From NCBI RefSeq assembly GCF_963921235.1, contig NC_086097.1:132062001-132126000 (forward strand): DNA of 64,000 nt. The letters run 5' to 3'. The translations under genes and the position numbers were made by a program. The DNA is from Mobula hypostoma. Its lineage: Eukaryota. A model generated the notes under the pieces. It had not been told where the DNA came from. It worked only from the letters and a program-made list of their open reading frames with translations, and made no database searches. Of the stretch, positions 13,381-25,622 are shown one piece after another (the first letter of the stretch is position 1; each line of letters begins with the position of its first letter).

Positions 13381-13630
13381 ATTGTCTGAAGTGAAGAAAC
13401 ACTGAAGGTTATGGAGTTGCATTCAGGCCAGGCTGAGGAAGGAGGCCATTTGTGAACCAATATGTTTTACTTTGGCACTTGGTAGTTTCATGACAACTGT
13501 CACTTTTTAATTTTTTCGCCAGTTCCAGTTCTATCTAAGTATTTTAACTAACATCCCTTATCTTTACCTGACCTTTAATTTTAACTGTAAAATTTCAGTC
13601 AGGAGATGCTTATAAAGATGACAACTTGGC

Positions 13631-13636
13631 TTTATT
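13631..13636 (-). promoter_or_regulatory. Candidate polyadenylation signal (AATAAA) of the minus-strand gene
   Basis: AATAAA about 400 nt downstream of the stop; an ATTAAA at 13889-13894 is an alternative. Confidence 0.35.
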
Positions 13637-14029
13637 TCAGGAAGCACAAAACCCTGAATGAACTCCACAGACTCCACAGAACAGATGCAAACAAATATGC
13701 CAGATAAGCAGACATTGAAAATGAATTTTAAAATCTGACATTCAGGCCTTTAACAGCGATTTGTGCTTTTGACTAACAATGTGGATGCACACAAAACAGT
13801 GTACAAGGTTTTAAATGTCTCAGTAGTCAACTTAATCTCTGTACAGATCTGAGAAGTTATCTCTACTTGTAACTGACCTGTCATTGATTTTAATAGAACA
13901 CATCAGGTTCATTCTGTACCTTGGAGTGTCAAGTTAAACATACAGTTCTAAACAATTCAAAAAATAAATAATTTTACTGTTTCCTCAGTGTGGCGTCAGG
14001 AATGGTCTTCTGAGATCCAGGCTCCCAGC

Positions 14030-14185
14030 TCAGGGAACTGGTTCAAGGCAGCGCATAGTCTCTCCCAGTGTAAGTGGCCAGTTGTACCGATGGAACGGTT
14101 TTGATAGACATGGATGTCCCACCTCGGGTTTACCAATTGTCAAAGTTGTCATGTTATTGAATGTTTCATCAATAATGTTCAGGAC
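14030..14185 (-). CDS. Uncharacterised gene terminal coding exon G: VLNIIDETFNNMTTLTIGKPEVGHPCLSKPFHRYNWPLTLGETMRCLEPVP*
   Basis: Acceptor attttcactttgtaacag|G; 156 nt, phase 0, ends in TGA; more GC-rich than its AT-rich flanks. Confidence 0.75.
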   Translation of the reverse strand, partial: VLNIIDETFNNMTTLTIGKPEVGHPCLSKPFHRYNWPLTLGETMRCLEPVP

Positions 14186-14404
14186 CTGTTACAAAGTGAA
14201 AATAATGCTTAAATATTGAAATTATGAAAATCAATTTAAATATTTGCTCCCCCCCCACACACACACACAAACACACATATGCATGCACATATGTTCACAC
14301 ATGCAGACACACACATATACAGGAAAACAACTAACATTGAATAATTAATATTGAATAACTTAATCAAATCAAATATAAAACTCCACCTACCTTTCTCTCT
14401 GCTT

Positions 14405-14593
14405 CACACATAAAAGTTGCTGTTGAATGCAGCAGGCCAGGCAGCATCTCTAGGAAGGGGTACAGTCGACGTCTCGGCCCGAAATGTCAACTGTACCTCT
14501 TCCTAGAGATGCTGCCTGGCCTGCTGCATTCACCAGCAACTTTTATGTGTGTTGCTTGAAATTCCAGCATCTGCAGATTTCCTCGTGTTTGCG
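14405..14593. mobile_element. Short palindromic Penelope-tail insertion (family 2)
   Basis: Inverted arms of about 63 bp; 13-bp TSD tttctctctgctt (14392-14404, 14594-14606). Confidence 0.85.
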
Positions 14594-14786
14594 TTTCTCT
14601 CTGCTTGTTTTGATTGTGGAAAGTTAGTCTGATGCAAGCTCAGTGGACTGATTTCTACACAAGTTATTGTTGTGTTAGTGAACTCCAGGAGCCCCCCTGG
14701 CACAACACAGGTCTCCCATGACTGGTCCTCTGCATGGCAGAAGATTGTGCTTCACAAACAGCTGGGAAAAGTGGAAAAGGTCTTAC

Positions 14787-14826
14787 CTGTTGACACATCT
14801 GGGCAAATCTTGGCAGTGGTTCTGCC
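14787..14826 (-). CDS. Uncharacterised gene exon F: AEPLPRFAQMCQQ
   Basis: Acceptor ttactctacaacag|G, strong donor CAG|gtaaga; 40 nt, phase 2 to 0, bridges exons E and G in frame. Confidence 0.75.
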
Positions 14827-14936
14827 CTGTTGTAGAGTAATTTGTCAATGTCATTCACTCAGTAATTTGGAGTAAGTCTGCTCTTGTTATGAGTTCACAT
14901 TGCACAAAGTTAGTATAGCATCAATGCTAATAGAGG

Positions 14937-15210
14937 GTGTGATAGCAAAATGGTTAAGTTACTGGAATAGGATCCAGAGACCTGTTCTCTTCACCTCAAA
15001 ATAAGAGTTCAAAGCTCACCACAGCAGCAGGGGAATTTAAATTTAGTCAATAAATAAATCACTAAACCATTAATGGAAACCATTTAAAAAACTACAAAAC
15101 CATTGGATTATTAATACTCCTTATTGAGGGAAATGTCTTTTTGATACTCAGACTGCATTGCTTTCTGAAGTGGCTGCTCAGGACAAGTAAATACTGGTCT
15201 CTATTTCCTA
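14937..15210 (+). mobile_element. Old chondrichthyan tRNA-SINE, degraded
   Basis: tggttaagttactgga...gagttcaaagctcaccacagcagcaggggaatttaaatt resembles a remembered shark SINE. Confidence 0.5.
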
Positions 15211-16314
15211 TGAGGAAAATGAAACAAAACATTGAAAGATTCCTCCCAACACTATTAACGATGGAATGAATTGGAATGTAAGGGGAGCAAGCCTTCAGAA
15301 ACAGAAATGTAATTTTACGTGGTTTTGTCCAATAAAGCACTCTTATAAAAAAAAGTGAAAATCAATTTTGCCAGCAGTTTAAAAATTGACATTAGCCTTT
15401 GAAAAGCTAGAAATAGATCTTCCTGTCAAACAGAAAACTCCCCTGCTCTGTCTAGACTACAGAGAGTGCAAAATTATCAGATTTTCATTTCCTCAATTTC
15501 ACTCAAGAGTGGTAAGAACGTGTGAGTATTGATTCATCTGCTGAAACGAAAGGTAGACGAGCTCTTCATCTCGACATGGTCAAATGGCTTTGTGGTTGTC
15601 TAATTATACTCATTCAAGGAATATAAATCTTCAGCTAGTCATCGCATAATTAGGTAAGAGGGGCCACATGCATTACTGCAATTGTACAGCACCCTCCTTC
15701 TCAATATTTATCCAGACTTCTCCCATGGTCCTTCACTCAAATACATTTAACTTCCAAATGAATGAGAAATTTGATAATCATCAAGATTAAGTTTAGGAAT
15801 TTAACATTTCTAGTGATTTTGGAAGACCTCAATATTAAGGAGAAAACACACATTCATCTATAAGCCTTATACTTTTTACTTTTGAATGACTCTTAGTGCG
15901 ATCCCATATTCTGACTACCGAAACTCCTTGGCATTACGATGACAAAATTATAGACCCATTGGAGCAGGAAATCGAGTACAAAGTCTGCAGTAGCAAAATA
16001 AGCAGGCAGGTTTAAGGAAGTAGAACTGGATAGGATTAGTTAAGTATTAACTAATACTTAAAATAATAATCTAGGTAATGCTTCTGTTAACTAAGCAACG
16101 AATTTGTTTTGTATTTCGATTTGAATGGCAAAAGATGTGAAAGGTTCTTGAATTGATCTTGGGAGAATGTGAAGGGAGAGTAAGAGGAAGAATATGAGAG
16201 GCATCTTGATCTTTGGTTATCAGAATCTAATTTTGCCAGTCAACTGCTAAAGGAAAGCTACTTGGATGAATTGTCTGTGCAGACCAGCCTGGGTATTTTT
16301 CCATGCGCGATGTT

Positions 16315-17860
16315 CCTCTCCATTACCACCATCCACTGTCTGGCAGACCAATTCCCCTCCACAGTCTGGTATACCAATTTCCCTCCACTGTCTGGCAGAC
16401 TAATTCCCCTCCACTGTCTGGTATACCAATTCCCCTCCACTGTCTGGTATACCAATTCCCCTCCGCTGTCTGGTATACCAATTCCCCTCTGCTGTCTGGC
16501 AGACTAATTCCCCTCCAGCACCACTCTCCACTGTCTGGCAGAACTGGTTCTCACCCTCAACAATTTTTCCTTCAGCTCCTCCTATTTTCTCCAAACTCGA
16601 GGGGCAGCCACAGGCACTCGCATGGGCTCCAGCTATGCCTGCCCCTTTGATAGCTGCGTAGAACAGTTCATGTTCAAGGCCCTCCCCAGTAATCTTTCCT
16701 GACTCTTCCTCCTCTACATTTACTACTGCATTAGCGCTGCTTCATACACCCATGCTGAGCTCATCAATCTTATCAACTTTGCCTCTAAATCCCACCCTAC
16801 CCTTAAATTTATCTCTGACACCTCCCTCTTTCTTGATCACTCTCTTTCCATCTGTGGAGACAAACTGTCATCCGACATCTTTTATAAACCTACAGATTCC
16901 CACTGTTATCTTGACTATACCTCTTCCCACCCTATCTCCTGTAAAAATAGTCTTCCCTTTTCTCTGATTCTTTGCCTCCGCCACATCTGTTCCCAGGATG
17001 CAGCTTTTCATTCCAGAACCTCAGAGATGCCCTCCACCATTGATACTTCCCTCACCTGCATCTCCTCCATTTCCCCTACATCCGCACTCACCCCATCTTT
17101 CCACCACCTTAACTGTGATAGTGTTCCTCTTGACCTTACCTACCACCCCATCAGCCTCCGCGTCCAACACATTATCCTCTGCACCTTCCACCTCAATTCA
17201 GGGCCCCAGGCCGTCCTTCTAGGCAAGGCAACACTTCACCTGCAATTTGCTGGGATTGTCTATTGTGTCTGGTGTTCCCAATGCAGCCCCCTGTTGTAAA
17301 CTGGGAGACCGTTTCATTGGGCACCTCTGCTCTATCCAACAAAAGCAGAACTTCCTGGTGGACAAACATTTTAATTCCGATTCCCATTCCTGTTCTGACA
17401 TGCCAGTCTATGCCTTCTTTTTGTGCCAAGTAAAGGCCGCTCTCAGGGTGGAGGAGCAACACCTTATATTCTGTCTGCGTATCCTCCAAACTGATGGCAT
17501 GAATATCACCTTCTGCTTCCAGTAAAACAAAATCCCTCCCTCCTCTAGTCCCCACTCTGACATTTTACCTCTTTTCACCTGCCTATCATTTCCCCCTGGT
17601 TCCCCTCCTCCACCCCCTTCTCCTTTCCTATCAGACTCGTTATTCTCCACCCCTTTATCTTTCCCACCTACCTGGCTTCACCTATAACCTTCCAGCTATC
17701 CTTCCTCCCCTCCTCCCCCTCCTCCCCCCTTTTTATTCTGGAATCTTCCTCCTTCCTTGTCAGTCCTGAATAAGGGTCTCGGCCTGAAATGTCGACTGCG
17801 TATCCACTTCCACAGATGCTGTTTCACCTGCCGAGTTCCTCCAGCATTTTGCGTGTGTTA
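16315..17860 (+). mobile_element. Penelope-like element (family 2): RT remnant, GIY-YIG, pyrimidine tract, tail
   Basis: IFYKPTDSHCYLDYTSSHP RT motif; IVYCVWCSQCS...LGDRFIGH...LRVEEQHLIFCL; tail cagtcctgaataagggtctcggcctgaaatgtcgactg. Confidence 0.85.
16333..16514. repeat. 26-bp minisatellite, 7 units
   Basis: ccactgtctgg(cagact/tatacc)aattcccct. Confidence 0.95.
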
Positions 17861-17949
17861 TAGTGTAACCTCATTGGCGAAGATGCTTCCCAAACTCCTT
17901 CTCATCAAGTCCAGCTATAATGCAGCATATTAATGGTACATTAAAATTC

Positions 17950-18172
17950 CCACCGCTGAGTTTGTCCGTTCTCCCCCTGACCGTGTGACATTTCTCTGTG
18001 TGCTCTGAATCCTTCCCACATTCCAAAGACGTACCAGTTGGTAGGTTAATTGGTCGTTGTAAATTGTGTTGGGATTAGGCTAGGGTAAAATAGGGGGATT
18101 GTTGGGCAGCATGGCTCAAAGTGCCAGAAGGGCCTGTACAGCGCTGTATCTCAATGAATAAATAAATAAATT
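17950..18172 (+). mobile_element. V/HE1-like SINE
   Basis: gagtttgtccgttctcccc...ttcccacattccaaagacgta...(aata)n tail. Confidence 0.7.
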
Positions 18173-18944
18173 TTAAACTGTTTAACTTTATTTCAGATGG
18201 GACGGCTGTGGCAAACATTTCCACACAAAATGACTAGAAAACAAACAGGAATAAATGTTGTGCCTAGTAAGCATGCAATCTAATTCGTTAACCATAACCC
18301 CACTAATAATCATCCTCCTCCCACCCCTTCCATTGCCACGCGTCTCTGAAAGTAGAATCATTGATCCCCGGCTATTAGCCAGTGAAAGAATTGCCTTTCC
18401 TTCCTTTCTGTTAGTGAACATTAACACAATTTGCTGCAGAATATAAACAAGATACCTTATTCAAATAAAACCTTACACCGTTAATGGTAAGTATGACATG
18501 TATTACAGGGCTGAACCTAGATTTAATTAATTGTAAATATGCCAAAATCTGTAATGCAATCTCACGAGTCCACCACTAAAAAGCTTGTTGTTACAGTACA
18601 GGAAATACCACAGCTTCTATCATTAAGGCAGGAACTAAATGATTCTAAATGTATTATCACTTAATACCAAATGTAGAGGAGGCTGAGGGGTGGAATACAT
18701 TTGCAGACACCAACATTTGTGCTAACTATGTTACTTGACCTAATAACCATTACATACATTACTTAAAAGAAATTACTTTCATTTGCCTATCTGTAACTCC
18801 AGATACAGATCACTATAATCTTTCCTCTCTTTCAATATTTCTGTGTATAGCTACATTCTTACCTAGCCTTGATTTTTTTTAAAAATTGGCACTGTACAGA
18901 TGTGGTGTTCTTTATTTGTCATTGGCAAAATCAGGTACTTTTAG

Positions 18945-19432
18945 ATCACAAAACCATAAGATGTCGGAGCAGAATTAGGCTACTTGGCCCATTGAATCTA
19001 CTCTGCCATTCTGTCATGGTTGATTTAATACCCCTCTCAACACCATCCTCCTGCCTTTTTCCAGTGACTTTTGATGCCCTTACTAATGAAAAACTCATTA
19101 TCCTCTGGTTTAAATATACCCAATGGCTTGGCCTCCACAACTGACTGGGCAATAAATTCCACAGATCCCCTACCCTCTGAAGAATTTCCCCCTTATCTTT
19201 GTTTTAAATGGACGTCCCTCACTTCTGAGTCTGTGCCCTCTTGTTCTATAATCCCTCACTATAGGAAACATTCTCTCAACATCCACTCTATTTATCTAGG
19301 TCTTTCAATATTCAATAGGTTTCAGTGAGATCCCTCCTCATTCTTCTAAACTTCAGCGAGTACAGGCCCAGAGCCATCAAAGGCTCCTCATGTGTTAACA
19401 ATTTCAGTCCTGGAATCTTTCTCATGAACCTT
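18945..19432 (-). mobile_element. CR1 LINE 3' fragment
   Basis: accataag tail; similar to 36745-37250. Confidence 0.8.
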
Positions 19433-20114
19433 CACTCATGCAAAATATCCATCTAATTTCATTCTCTGCAAAGTGCAACTAAAACAGAATGAGTCATAAT
19501 ATCAATTATAGACAAGCTCACTTTATCTTCTTTTGTGAAAGCCTTTTGTTTTCCATCCCATTCCCACCTGGGCTTTTGCGTCCCTCACTTCATATACTGC
19601 CGTCACGTCACTTATCTAGTACACTCCACATCAGTTAACATTGGTCAAGAGTTAGAAAGCCGTGCATGATATTCTTAAAACAAAATAGCCAAAATGTGGC
19701 AAGCATGCCAGCATGGAATATGATGAGCAAAAAATGATTAAAACCCAGGAGCTAAAACTATTAGATTCATGTCATGTTTACATATTATCCACGCATCATA
19801 TTCATTATATATTACATAAACATACAATTATATGCACTAGGAGTAAGAGAAGGCCACTTTGTCTTTTGAAATTGTTCCACTATTCATTAAGAACACGGCT
19901 GATTTGATTGTACCCAGAATTCTTGTGTTCTTTCTTCTTCCAATAATCTTTCATCTCCCTGCTGAACAAGAATCTATCTACTCATGCCTTCAAACTATAT
20001 AGGGAATCTGCTTTTCTGCTATATAGGGAGTCTTTGAGGTGGAGTTCCCAAGATGGACAGTCTTCTTGGAGGAAATTCCACCTTGTCCCTGTTTTAAATA
20101 ATGACTCATATAAT

Positions 20115-21190
20115 ATACACTTTATTTGTTACACCTGTACACCTGCTCGTTAATGCAAATATCTAATCAACCAATCATGTGGCATCAATTCTCTATGTAA
20201 AAGCATGCAAGCATAGTCAAGAGGTTCAGATCAGTGTCAACTTCCAAAGACAGTCTGACATATGTTATTGGTTTGTACAGCATATGAATGGGAGAGAAAA
20301 CAGAGCCTGGGAAGCAATATTGTTACAAACAAGAGAAAATTTGCAAATGCTGGAAATCCAAGCAACACGCACAAAATGCTGGAGGAACTCAGCAGACCAA
20401 GCAGCATCTAGGAAAAGAGTATAGTCAACATTTTGGTCTGAAACTCTTCAGCAGGACCACAATATTGTCACTTTGAATAGTTTGGTGACGTATGGTCAAG
20501 AAGCAAGAGAGAAACTTAAGCAATTATTTACATTTTTGAGACCTGTTGGGTTGTTTAGTACAATTTAAGTCAATAGTGTTTGGTGTTTATATATTTATTT
20601 ATTTAGTTATTGTTATTATCCTTATTATTAGTATTATTTCTTCTTGGGGGAGGTGTTGGTGGTAGGTGTTAGGACGACGCTCCTGTATCCTCCTCACACT
20701 CCAGTTCAGCAGGTGGCAGTAATGCACTTTTTTAGATGGTCTGCCAACTGTCAATTAAATCAATGGAAGAAGAATAAGACCAAATATCATCATGGGGAAG
20801 AAATGTGATCTAAGTGTTGTTGACTGCGGAATGATTGTTGGTGCCAGACAGGGAGGTTTGAGTATCTCAGAAACAACTGTCTCCTGGGGTTTTTACACTC
20901 AACAGTCTCTAGAATTTACAGTAGATGATGTGAAAAACAAACAAAAAATCTAATGAGCGGCAATTCTATGGGCAAAGATGACTTGTTAATGAGAGAGATC
21001 AGAGGAGAATGACCAGACTGGTGGAAGGTGACAGAAACTCAAGTAACCACAGTGGTGTGGGGAAGAGCACCTTTGAACACACAACACATCGAAGCTTGAA
21101 GTGGTTGGGCTGCAGCAGTGGAAGACCATGAATAGGAGTGTATGTTCAGTAAACGTACACTCTTGTACCTAATAAAGTGGCCACTGAGTA
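20115..21190 (+). mobile_element. Tc1-like non-autonomous DNA transposon, interrupted by other inserts (including a Penelope tail at 20328-20460)
   Basis: End motif gtacctaataaagtggccactgagt; body similar to 54227-54780. Confidence 0.7.
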
Positions 21191-21314
21191 ATATACCTTA
21201 CCTATTTTCTTCTCTGTATTTCTATCTGCATGTGATTGCACAGACATTGAAGGATGCTACACAAATAATCTTGCTGGTGTTGTTCCATCTAAAAAGCATT
21301 TGACCATCAATTAC

Positions 21315-21385
21315 CTCACCAATGATCCTCTTGCTATCAGTTGCTCTACTATAAATATTCCTAGTTCTCCAACAGGACCTCTGTA
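21315..21385 (-). CDS. Uncharacterised gene exon E: YRGPVGELGIFIVEQLIARGSLV(R)
   Basis: Acceptor cactttacatttcacag|T, donor GAG|gtaatt; 71 nt, phase 0 to 2; 96-nt intron to exon D. Confidence 0.8.
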
Positions 21386-21481
21386 CTGTGAAATGTAAAG
21401 TGCAAATCACACACTACAAGTTCTTTTTGATAATTACAGATAGACTAATAAATACATTGTCTCAGCCTTCCATCACCATAC

Positions 21482-21562
21482 CTTCAATGTAAAGTAGTGA
21501 CATCTGATTTTAAGAGGCAACGATTCATAATTAGAAATATAGATCCATTTGAGAATATATCT
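21482..21562 (-). CDS. Uncharacterised gene exon D: RYILKWIYISNYESLPLKIRCHYFTLK
   Basis: Acceptor ttgttctctgtatttgcag|A, donor GAAG|gtatgg; 81 nt, phase 0 to 0. Confidence 0.75.
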
Positions 21563-21809
21563 CTGCAAATACAGAGAACAATTTATTACTTAGCGATATT
21601 TAAAAGAACTGAATCTGCTCTTAGCTGACTTGTGTTATCAGTAATCAGGTCAACATCAATTTAAGCTTTCACTCCTGGAGATGTGCTTAGGAAGTCAAGG
21701 TGCATCACTTCCTGCTTGAAATGCTTAAAATGTAGATCTGTTTCTCTCTCAGTTTGTTCCGCAGTTTCAAAAGAAATCAAAGAATGAGCAATGGAAGTCT
21801 ATGGGAGAG

Positions 21810-22265
21810 GAACAAAGATGTGAAGAGGGAGAAAGTGAGAGAGAAGCAGGTGTAGTGTGTGTTTGTGTGTATATGTGTGAGAGAATGAGAGGGGTGTAGA
21901 GTAGGCAAGAATAAGAGAGGGACAGGTGTAGAGACAGAGGTATAGAGGTACAGAGAGAGAGAGAGGGAGATATGGGGACAGGGAGAGGTACAGAGAGAGA
22001 ATGGACAGACATAACAATTTGGAGACAGAGAGAAAATTAAAGAAATTTAGAGAAAGAGAAATGGATCTAAAGGTGCAGAATCAAAGAAGTTAAGGTATGG
22101 AGACAGAGAGAGAGAGAGAGAGAAAGAGAGATATGGAGCCAGATGTAGAAACCAAGGGAGACAGATAAATGGGCAAAAAGATGTAGAGCTGTACAGACAA
22201 GGAAAGATTAGGAGACAGATAGAAAGAGAGAAGAAGCATAGAAGGAAAGAGGAAGAGTGAAGAGG
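21810..22265. repeat. GA-rich low-complexity tract
   Basis: (ga)n and gagaca runs. Confidence 0.85.
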
Positions 22266-24154
22266 CAGTATTTACAACTCTTGTCATCCCTCACATCCCG
22301 CTTTGATAAATGAGACAATAATACAAGAAAATTGCACAGGAGTAGACCCCTCAAGCCTGTACTACCATTCAACATGATGATGGCTGATCTCCTCAGTCCG
22401 CAACCTTTCTGCTGTACCATTTCCCCACAGACCACAATTCTTCAATCTTTCACATATTTATCTGCTTCCTCTTTAAATACCTTTAACGATTTAACCTCCA
22501 CAACTCTCCAGGGTGGAGAATTTTAATAGACCACCAGCTTCTGTGAGAAGAAATGTCTATGTCTCTCAGTTTGAAATAACTCTTTCCCTCTCTCATCACT
22601 ATTTGAGGTCCTCTCGCTACTAGAATGATAGATAAATTATATATAAAAATGATATATAAAAAGATATAAGAAACTAAATGTTAATATTGTAGTATAAAAT
22701 AATGTCTTAGGCATAGCATTACTGATTAAAGACATAGGTGGTATCGACGTGGACCAACAAATGACCTGCTGGAAGAACTTAGTGGGAAAGGAAGCATCTG
22801 TGGGTGGAAAAGATTTGTTGCCATTTTAGGCTGAAAGCCTGGATCAGAACCATGGTGTCTCCAGAAATCTTTCTGGCCATTAATGGTTATATCATCTCAC
22901 TAATACAGATCTGAAATTAGCCCTAATTCCCTTTCCCTTTCATTATCATCCTACACATTTTTCCAATGAAAAAAATCTTCCCAATTCTCAAAGTTAACTC
23001 CTTTCCATTTTCAAACAACATTTCCTCCTGTTCATCACTGATGGCTTTACCTTCAGCTACTGAAACCTATTCCCTAGAAACCACTTCTTAATTATCTCCG
23101 GATACCAATTGCTTCCACAGTAATACACTTTACAGAAAGACTATCTCTCATACCCCACTACTGGTCAAAGTTGTTAAAATTCCCTCACTGAGTTAAATAT
23201 CAAATAATAATCCTTCGTACAAAACCTCATAAGAAGAGGTTATTGCTTAAAAAAAATGTGTCATTTCACCTGGTCCCTGTCTCTTTGGGATCAAAAGGCT
23301 TACTTTCTACTTTTTAAAACATTGAGCTGCAATTCATTTGACTTGCAGCTGATTGAGTGCCTTAATTTATTTGTGGAGGTTAGAGTTCTGTTTATTGGAA
23401 AATGGTGCATTCCTGCGTGGACAGTAATTGAACGCATTTGTTGAAAAATAACTGGCCCTTAATGACTAACAGGTAGAATAGCACAGGTATATTTAAATGC
23501 TTATCCATGGAGTCTTTCGGGTGACTGCAGGCAACTTATCTATTTAACCAAGTTGTTCATAGATATCTCTTCATGATTCCAATGGAAATGCTTCTCAAGT
23601 GCTCATTCATCCTTTTAGTGAAAGCATTTAATGGCTTTTTCCTTTTATACAACAAAGTGCTTTATATCCCATGAATTGATTACAAAAAAAAAGATAACTG
23701 AGCTTCATTTCATTCCCCATCGATAGCTTTATTTCAAATCAATATTGTTCACTGAAATAAGAAGAATCTGTGAAAATTCAGGATCCATTTCAATACAAGG
23801 GCAGGTCCCCCACTGCTGTGAGATCGCCAGTCGCCTGTGTCCTGGACTAGGCATCTTCTCTCAGTGTGGCCCTGAGCACAGCTCCCGGCTCAGTGTCCTA
23901 GATCAGTGGTGCCTCCATGTAAGAAATGACTGCATTCATTCAATGGCTTCACCCCCAGCTGTTCAGCTGCTGCTAAAAGTTGAAGGACATTCATCACCGC
24001 CAGGGATCACTTAGAATCTAGATAAAAAAGGGATTGTTTCTAAAAAAGTTGGTTATTGAAAATGGGTTTTAAAACTAATTAGTCAGATATAACGGGACAT
24101 ATCACACTCATGACACATAATATCACACATAATAGAGGTATATCATACTTTATA

Positions 24155-25155
24155 TTTATGACTGTGCGGCTAAGTACAGCTCCAATGCCATATTTAAGTT
24201 TACTGATGGCACCACTGTGGTAGGCCGAATCAAAGGTGATGATGAATCAGCGTACAGGAGGGAGATTGAAGGTAGGAGCAGACTAAGTAGTGTCAGCAAG
24301 ACCAAGCAGCTAATTATTGACTTCAGGAGAAGGAAACCAGAGGTCCATGAGCCAGTCCTCAATGGAGGACGAGAGGTGGAGAGGGGCATCAATTTAAAAT
24401 TCCTCGGTGTTATACTTTCAGAGAACCTGTCCTGGGCCCAGCACATAAGTGCAATTCTGACAAAAGCATAGCAGTGCCTCTACCTCCTTCGGACCTTGCA
24501 AAGATTTGGCATGGCGTCTACAACTTTGCCAAACTTTTATAGATGTGCGGTGGAGAATATATTCAATGGTTGCATTATAGTCTGGTATGGAAACACCAAT
24601 ACCCTTGAATGGAAAATGCTACATAAAGTTGTGTCTCTGGCCCGGTCCATTACCGGTAAAGCCCTCCGCAATATTAGTCATGCCTACATAGAGTGTCTTC
24701 ACAGGAAAACACTGCCCATTGTAAGGGACCCCCACCACCCAGGTCATGCCCTCTTCTCGCTGCTGCCATCAGGAAGAAGATACAGAAGGCTTAGGACTCA
24801 CAGCACCAGGTTCAAGAACAGTTATTATCCCTCAACATCAGGAACATCAGGCTCTTGAGCCAGTGAGAAAACTTCACACAACTTCAATTGCCCCATTACT
24901 GAACTGTTTCCACAACCTATGAACTGACTTTCAAAGACTCTTCATGTCATGTGCTTGATATTTATGCTTATTTATTGATTTTTTTTTTGTTCTTTCACAG
25001 TTTGTTGTCTTTTGCACGTTGGTTGCTTGTCTGTCCAATTAGATGTGGTCTTTCATTGATTCTATTATGGGTTCTTGGATTTACCAAGTATGCCCGCAAG
25101 AAAATGAATGTCAGGGTTGTATATGTACTTTGATAACAAATTTAGTTTGTACTTT
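24155..25155 (+). mobile_element. Rex1/Babar 3' fragment
   Basis: KFTDGTTVVGRIKGDDESAYRREI...FYRCAVEN...DPHHPGHALFSLLPSGRRYR. Confidence 0.9.
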
Positions 25156-25274
25156 GTACATTGACAGACAGATACATACACAAGCACATACATTCATGCA
25201 CTCATAAGCTTATAGGCATATAAACATAAATATAAAATACACATACTGTCACACATACACATACACACTTACTA

Positions 25275-25622
25275 CGATACAAATGGAAGCTATTCAGCCC
25301 AATAAGTACATGCCAACTTATATCAGAGCAATACCCACTCCCTCCTCTATTTCCCTATTCCTCTGAAACTTATTCCGTTTTACATATGCCTATCAACTCC
25401 CGTTTAAGTCTTTGTCATTTACCTACACCATGTGGGTAACTTACAATGGCCAGCTAATGTACCACTATGTCATTTGAATGTAGGAGGATAGTGGAACACC
25501 TGCAGAAACCCAGGGGATCACAGGGAGTGCATGCAAACTCTACATAGATAGCTCCTAAGGTGAGGATTGAACCTGGAGTTCTGGCACTGTAAGGCAGCAA
25601 TCTGCTTGCTGCACCGTTGCAT
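25275..25622 (-). mobile_element. V/HE1-like SINE
   Basis: tRNA-like head at 25545-25620, V-domain-like middle, CR1-like tail. Confidence 0.6.

Noticed and set aside
16333..16514. CRISPR-like appearance of regular short repeats (also 2011-2148)
   Set aside because: Units are contiguous with no unique spacers, derive from Penelope sequence, and the context is vertebrate with no cas genes.
23780..24007. GC-richer island with an acceptor on the minus strand (ILSDPWR*)
   Set aside because: Stops within eight codons in every frame; more likely an old repeat remnant.
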